From NCBI GenBank assembly GCA_964187785.1, contig OZ076409.1, positions 3,226,001 through 3,290,000 on the forward strand: 64,000 nt of DNA, given 5' to 3'. Positions 28,801 through 40,800 of the stretch are shown piece by piece. Under the pieces are notes generated by a model, which had not been told where the DNA came from, made no database searches, and was given only the letters and a program-made list of their open reading frames with translations. The translations under genes were made by a program, and so were the position numbers. Position 1 is the stretch's first letter. Every line of letters starts with the position of its first letter. The DNA comes from Amphiscolops sp. MND2022. Taxonomy: Eukaryota.

Positions 28801-31800
28801 GGGTTTACAAGGGCAAGAATTGTTGTAATTTTTCGGAATTCATTTCGAAATTTTTTGTACCCTCCGAGGAAATTTTGAATTTAAACTGTTTATTAGTTGC
28901 TGCTAATTTTTGAACCGCGAATAAAATCGCTGAAAAATGCTGCCCGGTCGCTATTTCGCTAATCAACAGTGTCAAAACTCTGCTCAAAAGTAAAGTTTGC
29001 AAAACGAGGCCGAGTCGCACGCTGCAAACAACATCCACTGAAATGAAAGAGTGAAATTCACTCAGATGTCAGTTGTCAGTGAAACAGATCGGATCAGATC
29101 AGATCAGATAGATCAAGTCAGATCAAGTGTGAGGCAGACGGTGGTTGTTGCGAGTCAACTACTACAGACATGATGTAATACACATCTAATTTCTGCTGAC
29201 TACTATTCATACAACCGAATTTACAAAATGTGTCTCAAACAGCACAATTCAAATTACTAGTTTTTTAGTGCTGTTGCAGCCAATGTGTATGGAACTTGAT
29301 TTTTTTGAAGATGTTCGCATAATTGTTGGCTCCCTTCGCCAAGTAGCAACATCGAGGCATGGCCACATGGCACGTCGCTCCGCTTCGCTTCTGCATTTAG
29401 AGCATTAGGGGTATGTGAACATAGCTGACTACGTTATAATAATAATTCCGATTTAGTTTTCCGCTTAGTGAATTCAATTCGATTTCAAATTTCAGCCAAT
29501 CAGAGTACAGCATAAACATTAAATATTCTCCTGTTTCAAAATTAGATGTGTATTACATTATGTCTGTATGACGTTCCCCGTTGTTGCAACAAGTGCGAAG
29601 AAGAGAGGAAGAATCAGAATCAGCTTGTGGAATTACTTTGGAGGAGCCCGTTGAAGAACGAGCCGGGCTGTGACCAGACACTGGAACCCCCCGCCGGCTG
29701 AGGAGCGCCGGCACCTGCTACTGCTGATGATGAGTCACCAAACTTCTCGTTGGGCAAGGATCTGGAGCCTGGGGAGAACTTGGCCCCGTCGTCCAGGAAA
29801 CCACCTCTTGCCCCAGCCACACCTGTCGCCCCCAGTCCCATCGAAGGGTGGTGAGTCATCACCCCGTTTTGGCCCCTGTGGACTGCCAGGTCAAACTGGT
29901 CTTTAGAATTTAAAAAGGTCCTCGGCGCTGTGGTCGTAGTCTGTTGGGGGGTTTTGGGGTGGATTATGTAACTCAAAAACTGGTTTGATTTGTGGAAAGG
30001 AGATGATAGAGTATTGTTTGAGGAGGCTGTAGTATTTGAGGTGGAGGACCGTCCAGTGGCGATCCGGGTGCGCAGTCCAGAGAAACTTGGAGTGGGGGGC
30101 GCGGTGGCTGGGCCGCTAGGGGGCGGGGGCTGATGGGGGGAGGGGAGGTGCATGAGGTGTGGCTGGGAGTTGGTCGGGTGGATATTGAGAGACAAAGGCA
30201 GTTGAAAGTTTCGCACGTTTTTCAGAAATTTGTCCATAGTTCCGATTTGCACCGCGCCTGCACGCCAAAATATTACACAACACATTACGTAACGAACAAA
30301 TGACATAACAAATGACATAACAACAAATGACAATGGCAACGGAACATGGAACATGCAGGCACTTATTAGCAGGAATGCTTGATTTATATCATTGATTGAA
30401 ATCATGATTTTATAAAATTCAAAATCAGAAAATTGATCATTTTTTGATTTTTTTTCAGGTAGGCATGACTACCGGTCGAAAATATGCCGATGTTTGGGAG
30501 AAATTTGAAAGATCGAAGAACCGAAACTGTTACAAAACTTTTATTCTGCTTCAAAGTTTTGAATAAATCAAAGTTTGAAGAGCTTTGAAATGAATTTAAT
30601 TCATCTTTTTAAACAATAATGTTTTCACAGAAAAAAAAATCATTAAAATGAAAAAAATCAACAATAAATTTTAAAAAATCGGATTTGATTGATTTTTTTT
30701 AAAAAAATCGGATTTTAATCCATTCCTGCTTATTAGCTCCTTTAATGTCATATAAGTACAAAAGTTTACATTTGGCAACACGCTAAAAATGCAGTTATTG
30801 AAAGTTGACCGAAATCGAGAGCTTTCAAATGTTCTGCAAAAACGCGGAATTAAGCTTCTATTTTTGGAACAGTTAGCTATGACGATGTGCTCCACAGAGT
30901 ATTGGTCAATAGGGGAAAAATGAAAATTTGGGTGGGGGGATGGGCGCTTCTCTGCAATTTTAGGTTTTCCTGTAGCCGTGAGAAGCATTATGATCATTAT
31001 ACTCTTTCCATGTCTGCTAGAGATCGGCATCTCAGATAAGGACAGAACGACACCCCGACAATTCGTACACAGGACGAAAAACCGGAAATTTCGTACATAA
31101 ATTAAAACGCACTTTTCGTAGATGAGACATTTCGTACAAATTCGAATTAAATTGAGGAAAAAATAATAAGTTCAAAATAATCATTAAATGAATCAATTAA
31201 ACCATTAGTTAGTTTAAATTACTATCCGCTTGTGTACGAAATGTGCTATTTTAGTTTTGTACGAAATGTCCGATTTTATACAGTCAACTCCGGTTAATTC
31301 GTATCCGGATAATTCGGATCTTCGTTTAATTCGTATGTATCCGAGACCCCCATTTTGTGAAAACCAAAGAAATATCATCGGGTTAATTCGTATTTCTCAT
31401 TATTCGTACTATTTCATTCGGTCCCAGCGATACGAATTAGGCGGATTCAACTGTACTTTGTACGAAACGTCTTGGGTTCCAATTGATGTTCAGAACTATG
31501 AATATTCTCAGAGTACTTTCTTGCTGGAATTATGTAATCACACGAAATATGAAAAAACAAAGGCGACGCTGCCGCGGCTGCAAAAAGAAGCATAAACTTG
31601 AGAGTTTGACCCCATCAACAGTTTTCTGTTTCTACTGAAATTGCACGGAGACAAATTGCACAAACATGTTTTCTACTGGCAACATGTAAAATGCAAATGG
31701 ACAAAATGTTCCAATGACAAAACAGCGGATCGAGAGGAGAATAAAAACAAAGAACTTTGATAAGCAAGAGGAATTGTTTGGTGGCATAAGAGGAGGAATA

Positions 31801-34800
31801 ACAAGGAAAACGACACAAAGTCCTTGGCAGCAGGGAGAAGAAAGAAGGAATTAATCTTTTCTGCTTTGTGCTGCCCTCTCCTTACTTTTTTCTTGCGCTG
31901 CTTTTGCTGAACAGCTAAACAACCCCAAAGAACCCCCCCCCCAAGTGAACTTTAAACGGAACGCTTCTTCAGTTTAAGGCATTCTGTTCTCTGCCATGAA
32001 GAAGCTATGCCATCAGTGCTTCTTCCTTTTCTGTTCTTTTCCACTTCAGTTGGTAGTACAAGTACGCAGTTATGCAAACATTACCAACTACAAAGCCGCC
32101 ACATTTCACATCTAGCACTTTAATTACCGTATTTCCCAGAATACAGGCCGCGGCTTGTACTTTTTCCGTAGTGATTTCGCGGCCTATATTCCAAGAAATA
32201 CGGTAAGCTATGGCTTTAAGGTGAAATTTTTGAGACTTAATGCGGCTTTTAATCGGGGGCGACTTCTATTTAAGAAGTACGGTAATGCACTGCTTCAAGT
32301 CACATCACTGACAACTTTGACAGACGAAGAGACCACTGTTGCATAATGGTTACGTAACACGCACCTTGAGAGAACAAACAACCAGAGCCGCATGTGCGAT
32401 AAAGGAGTCGGATTAGGTCTTTTTCCTTCTGACTCGCTCCAATCCCAGTCATACGATTTTGATGTCCTTGCACACATAGGACTCTAATATGGTGTAGAAT
32501 GACTGTAGAAAATTTCGTTCGAATAGTATGGACAGTTTTTCAGTTTTTGAAAAAATCGAATAAAGTCGAAAAATGACTGTTTTTAGGCTAATTTTGGCCA
32601 TTTTTGGGCTAATTTTGGCTATGTTTCTCACATTCCAGTCATACCATTTTGATGCCATTGCGCTCGCAGGGGCCCCTTTGGGTGTAGAATGACTGTGCAA
32701 AATTTCATAAAAATCGTACGGACAGTTTTTGAGAAAGTGGAATTTTCAATGAAAGGTCGGGAAAAAAACAAAAACGACAAAAAATTTGGACGACAACAAA
32801 AAAATTACACGACTCTTAAAAATGCATACAACATGTTTTTTACATGTCTTCTATTTAAACCCGGCACATATAACACAACTGCCGCCCTAAATATAGCGAC
32901 ATATTTTATATAACTATATTTCGCAATTCCACTGGCCACACGTCGTGTTCCATCCATACAATAATTGCGCTGGTCGATATTCCCGAGGGGCGGGCAGGGG
33001 TAATTGGATTGCTGACTGGAATTTTCCAATTCAAACATAATGCAATTTGGAACCAAATTTATAAAAATGGAACATGGTCATTTGTTCAATGCGACGGCTC
33101 AATGCAAAGACTTCGTTACCAACACTAATTGAGCAAACTATGGGGCGAAATATTTTTCATACACGCTCAACTACAGACGACCCCCATGGAAATGAACAGG
33201 TGACGGCATAATTAGTGCACCAATTTGCGTTAAAAGAGCAATATCAATGACATATTTCATTCACTTGGGTCCTATTCTGCAAAATTTCTTACAATATCCC
33301 CCCAGCTGGCTCAAAAAAGCGGAATCCTATTGGCGGAAGACAAGTCTAGTAGAGTCCCCAGTTCCAGTTTATATAAGCTTTACCTATAGGTTACATATAG
33401 GTGCGAAGACATAAGTTACTGAAATTGAGGCACATCTTTTCCCAGATCAAGTTTTCAGACAGTCGAAGCCATTTGAAAATTTTTGGAGGTATATATAACG
33501 CTAAAAACTACATTATACTAATACAGTCAAACTCGGATAAAAGAAACTCATTGGGCGGTGAGAAAAAGGTTTCTTTTATCCATAGTTTCTTTTATCAGTT
33601 GTCCTATTAACGTAGAAAATTTGACTTGCATAAAATCGGAGGAGTGAAAACGTTTCTTATAGCCGAATGTTTTTATTTTATCCGTGTTTCTTTTATCCGA
33701 GTTCGACTGTATATGACGAAAAGACCCTACAGTCAACAAACGTTGAAACGATTGATCCTTTTTTTTAACAACCACTGACTGATATCAACATTTTTTTCAC
33801 AACCAAAACCCTGGTTTAAACAGCGTGGACACCAAGAAAGTGGGGGTAAAAATACAAAAAACAGCACCAGCCAATGTCAAAGTTTCATCAATTTGAACCG
33901 CCAATTCAACTGTTGGTAAAAAATATTGCAGGTAATACATAGATGAAGCCAGCAGAATTAACTATGCAGAAACTGCAATACGTACCTATAGAATCGTCCA
34001 CAGCGTTGTTTGGCCACAGACTGTTCAAGGGGAATTTGGAGCTAGAGGTCCCGTCTGAAACAAGCAGCGTGCCTATTCTCACTCCATGTCCACAGTTCGC
34101 AAAACGCTTTTCCAAGCCAAAACTGAAGATATTTTTGACCAAATTTATTTTTTCGGTAAGTCGCACAGTGCCGAAAAACCGTAGGTCTTTTCCCAGGGGC
34201 ATTCAAAAACTCTTATCGGCCACAAAGGACCCAAAAAATGACCAGAGGGTCACCCTTACAACTCGGAAAACCGTTTTCCTTAACTGAAAATTGTGCGGGA
34301 AAATCCTTTCAAGTCGCATCGTGCCAAAAAACCTTTAAAAACCCTCAGTTTGATCATAGCGCTGAAACTCGTTTCTGCAAGTTTGATAGTTTTTCTGAAT
34401 AGATTTACTGAATCTTCACCATACATTTAAAAACCTTCACCAAACTTTAAATTTTAGCTCGATTTTTTAAAACTATACATGTTACAAAGCTTAATCTTTT
34501 GTCATTTCATTCTATGAAAAGAGCTCATTTTAGTACAAATTTAAAGCATAACGAATAATATTCTGGCACGATATCTTTGACATACAGTGGAATCCGATTT
34601 ATTCGTATCGCTAGGAACCGAATTAAAGAGTACCAACAGTGAGGAATACGAGTTAACCGCATTATATTACTTTGGTCGTGGCGAAATGGGGGTTTCACAT
34701 GCATACGAATAAGACGAAGATCCGAATTATCCGGATATGAATTACCGGAGTTCACTGTACATGGATACTTAATTATATTGATGATGATAAAGGGAGGGCT

Positions 34801-37800
34801 GTCATAAATCTTAAAATCACTCGGATGCTTCCCATGAAACCGATTAATTTCTGACGATCAATAAATCTTATAAATTACCCACCACTTACCGATGACCTCC
34901 AAATTTATTTCATAGGACCGTTATTGACACTATAAGGAGGCTCTGCAACTTGCAGCGTACTGACACCCTAACTCTTTTCCTTGACACCTCCATGTAGTAA
35001 GGGCAAAAAAGTCGTCTCTCTTACTACACCAAACCCCGGTTTCAGCACGCGCGGTCCTTATTCTATATGTTAGAAAAAAATAGAAGAAACCAGAGCCGCA
35101 TATGGCGGACTGAGTCGGCTTAGGTTTTTTCCTTCTGACTCGCTCGAATCCCAGTCATACCATTTTGATGAAATTGCACATTAAGCCTGTATATGATGTA
35201 AAAAGACTCCATAAAAGTTCTTTCGAATGGGTAAAGTGTTTGAGAAAATCGAAGAAAGTCTAAAATTGGCCTTTTTTGGTCATTTTTAGTCGGCGCTTCA
35301 TGAAGTGAAACGGGACTATTATAGTGACTTTTTTTAATCCACACGAAGTAACCAAAATAGTTCCTGAAAGTTGTACGAAATTTTATGGTCCCAAATTGAA
35401 TCACTTGGCCTAGCAAACTGAATCAAAAAGGTTTTCCCTCTTTTTCCGCGTAACATACAATACCGGGAGACTAAAGGGTCCCCCTTCAATTTTTTGATGT
35501 TTTGCAACAATGGATATTTAAAAAATGCGAAAGGGACCCCTTTTTAGCGCGTCAATTCGGTCCAACTTTTGGGTTATCGGGTACTGTAAAAGAATACTTG
35601 ACACTTTGGAGTCCTTTTGCTATTTTTGAGCCTTAAGGGCAAAAAAGTCGTCTCTCCTACTACACTAAACCCCGGTTTCAGCACGCGCGGTCCTTATTCT
35701 ATATGTTAGAAAAAAATAGAAGAAACCAGAGCCGCATATGGCGGACTGAGTCGGCTTAGGTTTTTTCCTTCTGACTCGCTCGAATCCCAGTCATACCATT
35801 TTGATGAAATTGCACATATTAAGCCTTTATATGATGTAGAAAGACTCCATAAAAGTTCTTTCGAATGGGTAAAGTGTTTGAGAAAATCGAAGAAAGTCTA
35901 AAATTGGCCTTTTTTGGTCATTTTTAGTCGGCGCTTCATGAAGTGAAACGGGACTATTATAGTGACTTTTTTTATTCCACACGAAGTGACCAAAATAGTT
36001 CTTGAAAGTTCTACGAAATTTTATGGTCCCAAATTGAATCATTTGGCCTAGCAAACTGAATCAAAAAGGTTTTCCCTCTTTTTCCGCGTAACATACAATA
36101 CCGGGAGACTAAAGGGTCCCCCTTCAATTTTTTGATGTTTTGCAAGAATGGATATTAAAAAAATGCGAAAGGGACCTCTTTTTAGCGCGTCAATTCGGTC
36201 CAACTTTTGGGTTATCGGGTACTGTAAAAGAATACTTGACACTTTGAAGTCCTTTTGCTATTTTTGAGCCTTAGATATGGCGCCGACTTGGGCCGGTCCC
36301 GACTTGTTAGGCTAACTTTGGCTATGTTTCTCACATCCCAATCATACCATTCTTTGTTTTTTTTTTCATTAATATAATTGCTACACTACTTTTTTTTAAA
36401 TCGTTCATTGTATACGATTTTAAACAAGGAATTTAGTGTTTTTTAATACGATTTTGGTGCCATTTTGCACGCAGGAGCACCTTTGGGTGCATAAAGACTG
36501 TGAAAGATTTTATGGTCATCGTATGGACAGTTTTTGAGAAATTAGAAACTTTCATTGAAAGGTCGGGAGAAAAAACGTCACGATTGCATAAGTAGTCGAA
36601 CATTTTTCTGACTCCTAAAAACGATGATAAAGAAGGACAGGGTTGTTTCTCACATGAAGTGTGGGCGGCGGTGGCGCTGGTGTCGTAGGCAGGAGCACTC
36701 TTCTGTCTGGCTGTAGAGTGGGGCGGGGCCAGGGAGAGGGGGTTCTGCTGGTGTGACATGGATGGGGGAGGGGGCGAGGGGATGGGCAGAGAGTGGTTGC
36801 TGCTCGAGTCGTGCACGTGCAGGTCGTACCACTGGGGTCCGCTAGAGGGAGACAGGTCGTTGTCCAGCATGGCCTGGTCCAGACTCAACAGCACCTGAAG
36901 CACCAACAAACTCAACTAAACAACACTCACTATATGTACTCAGATAAAATGTACTTACACAACTAAAAAGTCAGGATAATTTCAAACAAACCGGGAACGG
37001 CCCCAGTCGGCGGTCTGCTAAGGGTAAAAAAATTAATGTTTTTCAAATATGCAAAAGGTCACTACTGTTGAAAGCTCATCATTTTTACAGAGCCAAAAAA
37101 ATAAGACTCAAAAATAACCTTTCCCCAACTGGAAACAACAAATAACCGCAAATAAACAGCATCTTGTTCAGCCGAAAACCTTGAAACTGAGAAAAAAAAT
37201 TGACATTATTTTCTCCAAAAAATGTCTCCTGCAGGTCGCATAGTGCCGAAAACCCTAAAGCGGGGACCCTTTGGGTTTTTTAAAATCCTTGTATTTTGCA
37301 TTCTGTTGCAAAATACCAACAAAAGTTAAGGAGGACCTTTTGGAGACAAAAAATTTTCGAAAAATCTCCCAAAGTGTCGAAAAAAGTTGAAAAGGGGACC
37401 CTTCGGCTTTGGAATGGTTTTGTATTTCATGTTAGAGGCTTTGGATGAGTTCAAAATGAAGTACTAAGTACATATGGTAAATGTGTATGATGCACAAAAA
37501 ATGGACCGATTGCGTTGAACTGACTAGAAAAACTAGCGACTGTAAGAGTCGTGCTTTTTCTTCGGAAAAGCCGCCTAAAAAGAACTCTCGGCTTCAAGTT
37601 TCGTGCGGTCCCCTATGAGGGGACTTGTAGTAACAACGGATTTCATGTGGCTTTTAGTCTCAATGCTTTGTAGGGGTATAGGGTTGCCGTTTAATATGAG
37701 TCAAGGACTTTTCTTTTTGATGAAATAGGCCCCTCCAGTGCTCAGTACTATTTCTACTTTAATCTTACTTTTTTTTGAAACAAATCATTAATAAAAATCA

Positions 37801-40800
37801 TTAATAAAAATCATATCTGGAATACCAATACACTCTTGTTTAATCATTATTTAGCGCACAATTACATGTAATCACTGCACAAGTTTACACCGCCTTTAAT
37901 TATTCTCCGAGAAGAATTAAAGGCGGTGTAAACTTGTACAGTGATGACATGTAATTGTCCGAGTAATTTGTAACTTGTAATTTAGTCCGAGTCGGACTAA
38001 AGAAAATATAACTACTAAGCGTAGACGAAGTTTCGCATTCGCATTTGAATGCAGGCGAAGCTCTCAACGAACGAATAATTAACACTCATTCGCTTCATCT
38101 CAATGACTCGGGGCAACGAAAGCACAATTACGAACATTCGCTCGCTTCATCTCAAGGACGTCACTATACGAATGGATAATTGCCACTCGCTCGTTCCATC
38201 GCACTAGAATTGAATTGTTGTCGGCAGCTTGAGAAATTTATTTCCCACGCTTACAATCACTGCCGAACAAAATATCTGAATTATTCAGTATCGTCCGAAA
38301 AATTGTACTGAAAAAAGTAGAAAGTTTGAGGTTACAATAATATTCCTGCTAAAGCAGAAATATTAAAAACTGGATTTTGCAATTCACCAATTTTGAATGA
38401 AACAATCTTGACCATTTTTTGCCAGAAAAAATATAATTTTCTCAACGTCAGAGAAGTTCAAGTTCACATTTTTTTCGGCGCTTTTCTTTAGAAAAAAGCG
38501 ACTTTAGTCACGGCTTTTCGTTTTTTTTTCGATAAACCTGAACTGTTCAAAATAGTTCAACTTTGGGCAAAGTCCCTTTTGGCCATCAATATACTACATT
38601 TGAACTGTATAGGAGTCCCCTTCGACAATAACGCAACCCATGCCGGATTTAACGCAAACCTGGTATAAAGAATACCGGATATAACGTAGAAATGATATAA
38701 CATTTCTTGGAGAATTTTTCAATGTTACAAAAGGGCCAAGGGCCCCCCTTTTGATTTTTAGGATATTTAGAGTTAACACAAACTCATTTGAAATCGTAGG
38801 GCCCCACTTCGAGTTTCTTCCGGTATTGTGAGACCTCAATTTGTTTTTCAACTTAACCCAACAGCTGTTTTATTTTCAATACGTTATCATACTTTGTTGC
38901 TGATTTGAATGTTTTATGAACGTTTTCTTCAATCTTTTCCCTTATCCCTAGAAGTAAGTTTTTTTATTGAATCCTAATTTTTAGTCGGCGCTTTTCGAAG
39001 AAAAACGCAGACTATAGTAGTGACTTTTTTTTAAGACCAACGAACTGACAGATTTTATAAATTTTAAAAGTTGGCACTAAACCGGAACTAACACTAAACT
39101 GTGTCACACTACTTCACTGCCACTTGGCCACTACGGCTTTTTCGAGGCATTTTACATGTTTCGGCACTATGCGACTTACGGGAGACCAAAAAAAATTAAA
39201 AAATTTCAAAAAAATCGGATTTTTTTTCAATTTTTCCTCAAACGGGTACTGTAGAAGAGAATACTTGACACTTTGAAGTCCTTTCGTTATTTTTGAGCCT
39301 TAGATATGGCGCCGACTTGGGCCGTTCCCGGCTTGTTATTATAAACACAGCGTTTTGCCAGAGTCGAGGGCCTCCCTGTAGTTTTTCTTGGCATCATGAG
39401 GCCGAAGATATTTTCTGAAAAAATTTCGAAAATGTTTTTTTCTCGTTTTTTTAGGCTTTCTGTAATGTCTTAAGTATGACCTCGTTGATTTTTCTGTCCT
39501 GGGGAACTGATGAGACTTTTTTCAAAATTTGTGGAAGAGCCACTGTTTTTGGCACTGTGCTACTTATCGAAATTTTTGGATGTTTAAAGTGTACCCCGCT
39601 CCCTTTCATGAATGCTGTCAGCTTGCAAAAAAGTGCGAACTTGAGGGGTCTACTTTTGGGTTTTTAGGCACTTACTCTCAGAAAAAAATTGAAAAAAATT
39701 CATAAATTTTTTGATGTTTCGAGGTACAGAAAACGCGGCTTTCGAGTCTTATGCGTATCCCTTCGGACATTTTTTGGCACTGAGAAATTGTTAAAAGGTT
39801 AACTACAGTGTCCTTTGCATATTTACGAAACTTGCTTTTTTGAAATTTGAGCGGGCGCCGACTTGAGCCGGTCCCGGCTTGTTTCTAATGCTTGTGCCGA
39901 TCAAACAAAACACTGTACCAACAAAATGTGACGTTAAAAAAATTAGACACGATTCGATTCGGAACGTATTCATTCGGTATAACGTATGCAGGGCATATGA
40001 AAGATTTTTTCGATTTCGACAACAAAAACTGGTAATAATGAGGAAATTTCAGACTAGCCTAATAAAAAGTAAATTCTTTTTCCATAACAGGAAGTTACGT
40101 CTATTAGAACAGTTAGTTTTTTCCGTTTGAGTAAAACATTTTTCACGCATTTTGACTATAATTATGTTCGTATCAACTGCTTTTTTGTGACTCAAAACAG
40201 GAAGCTGTTGATTTTTTCATCAAGAATGCGAGTTCAAAGGCAAAAATAGTGTGAACAGAGTTTGTACTCAATTCCAAACTGTCACCCTGAAAGTAAATTT
40301 AAAATTGTACGTTTCTGGTTTGTGTTTCAAGTCTTTTTGCTATAATTGTTTCACTAATTTTCCAAAAAAAATCGGCGGGCTTGTGTTTCAATAATTGTAG
40401 AACAAAAAGGGTCCGAATTAAATTAATTTTCTGTCTATTAGTAGGAGTTTCAAACGCATTGACCGCCGGGCCTGGGCGGGACCCAGATATTTAGGCCCGC
40501 TTCAAACTGTCGTGGTGGGGGTGGACAGAAAAGTAGGCGTCGGCGGTCCAGGCAATTTCCGGTTTGGTTTCGGGCCAAAAAAAATCGGTTTTCAACTTCG
40601 GTTCGTTTTTTTTAAAGTCTAAAATCTAGTGTTTTGGTGGAAGAATTCAATTGAACTTGTGAATCAATGAAACTGGTTGGTTGATAATTGGTCAATGAAA
40701 AACACGGCGAGCAGCAGTGGTTGTTAGTTGTTCTAGAAATGCGAGGTTCTAAGCTGCGATATACGCCGCTTATTTAAAAACACCCTGGTTAATACCGAGT

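Noticed and set aside
30258..30405. N-terminal hydrophobic part of the 261-aa ORF
   Set aside because: It lies upstream of the GTGCAG acceptor in TG-rich intron sequence.
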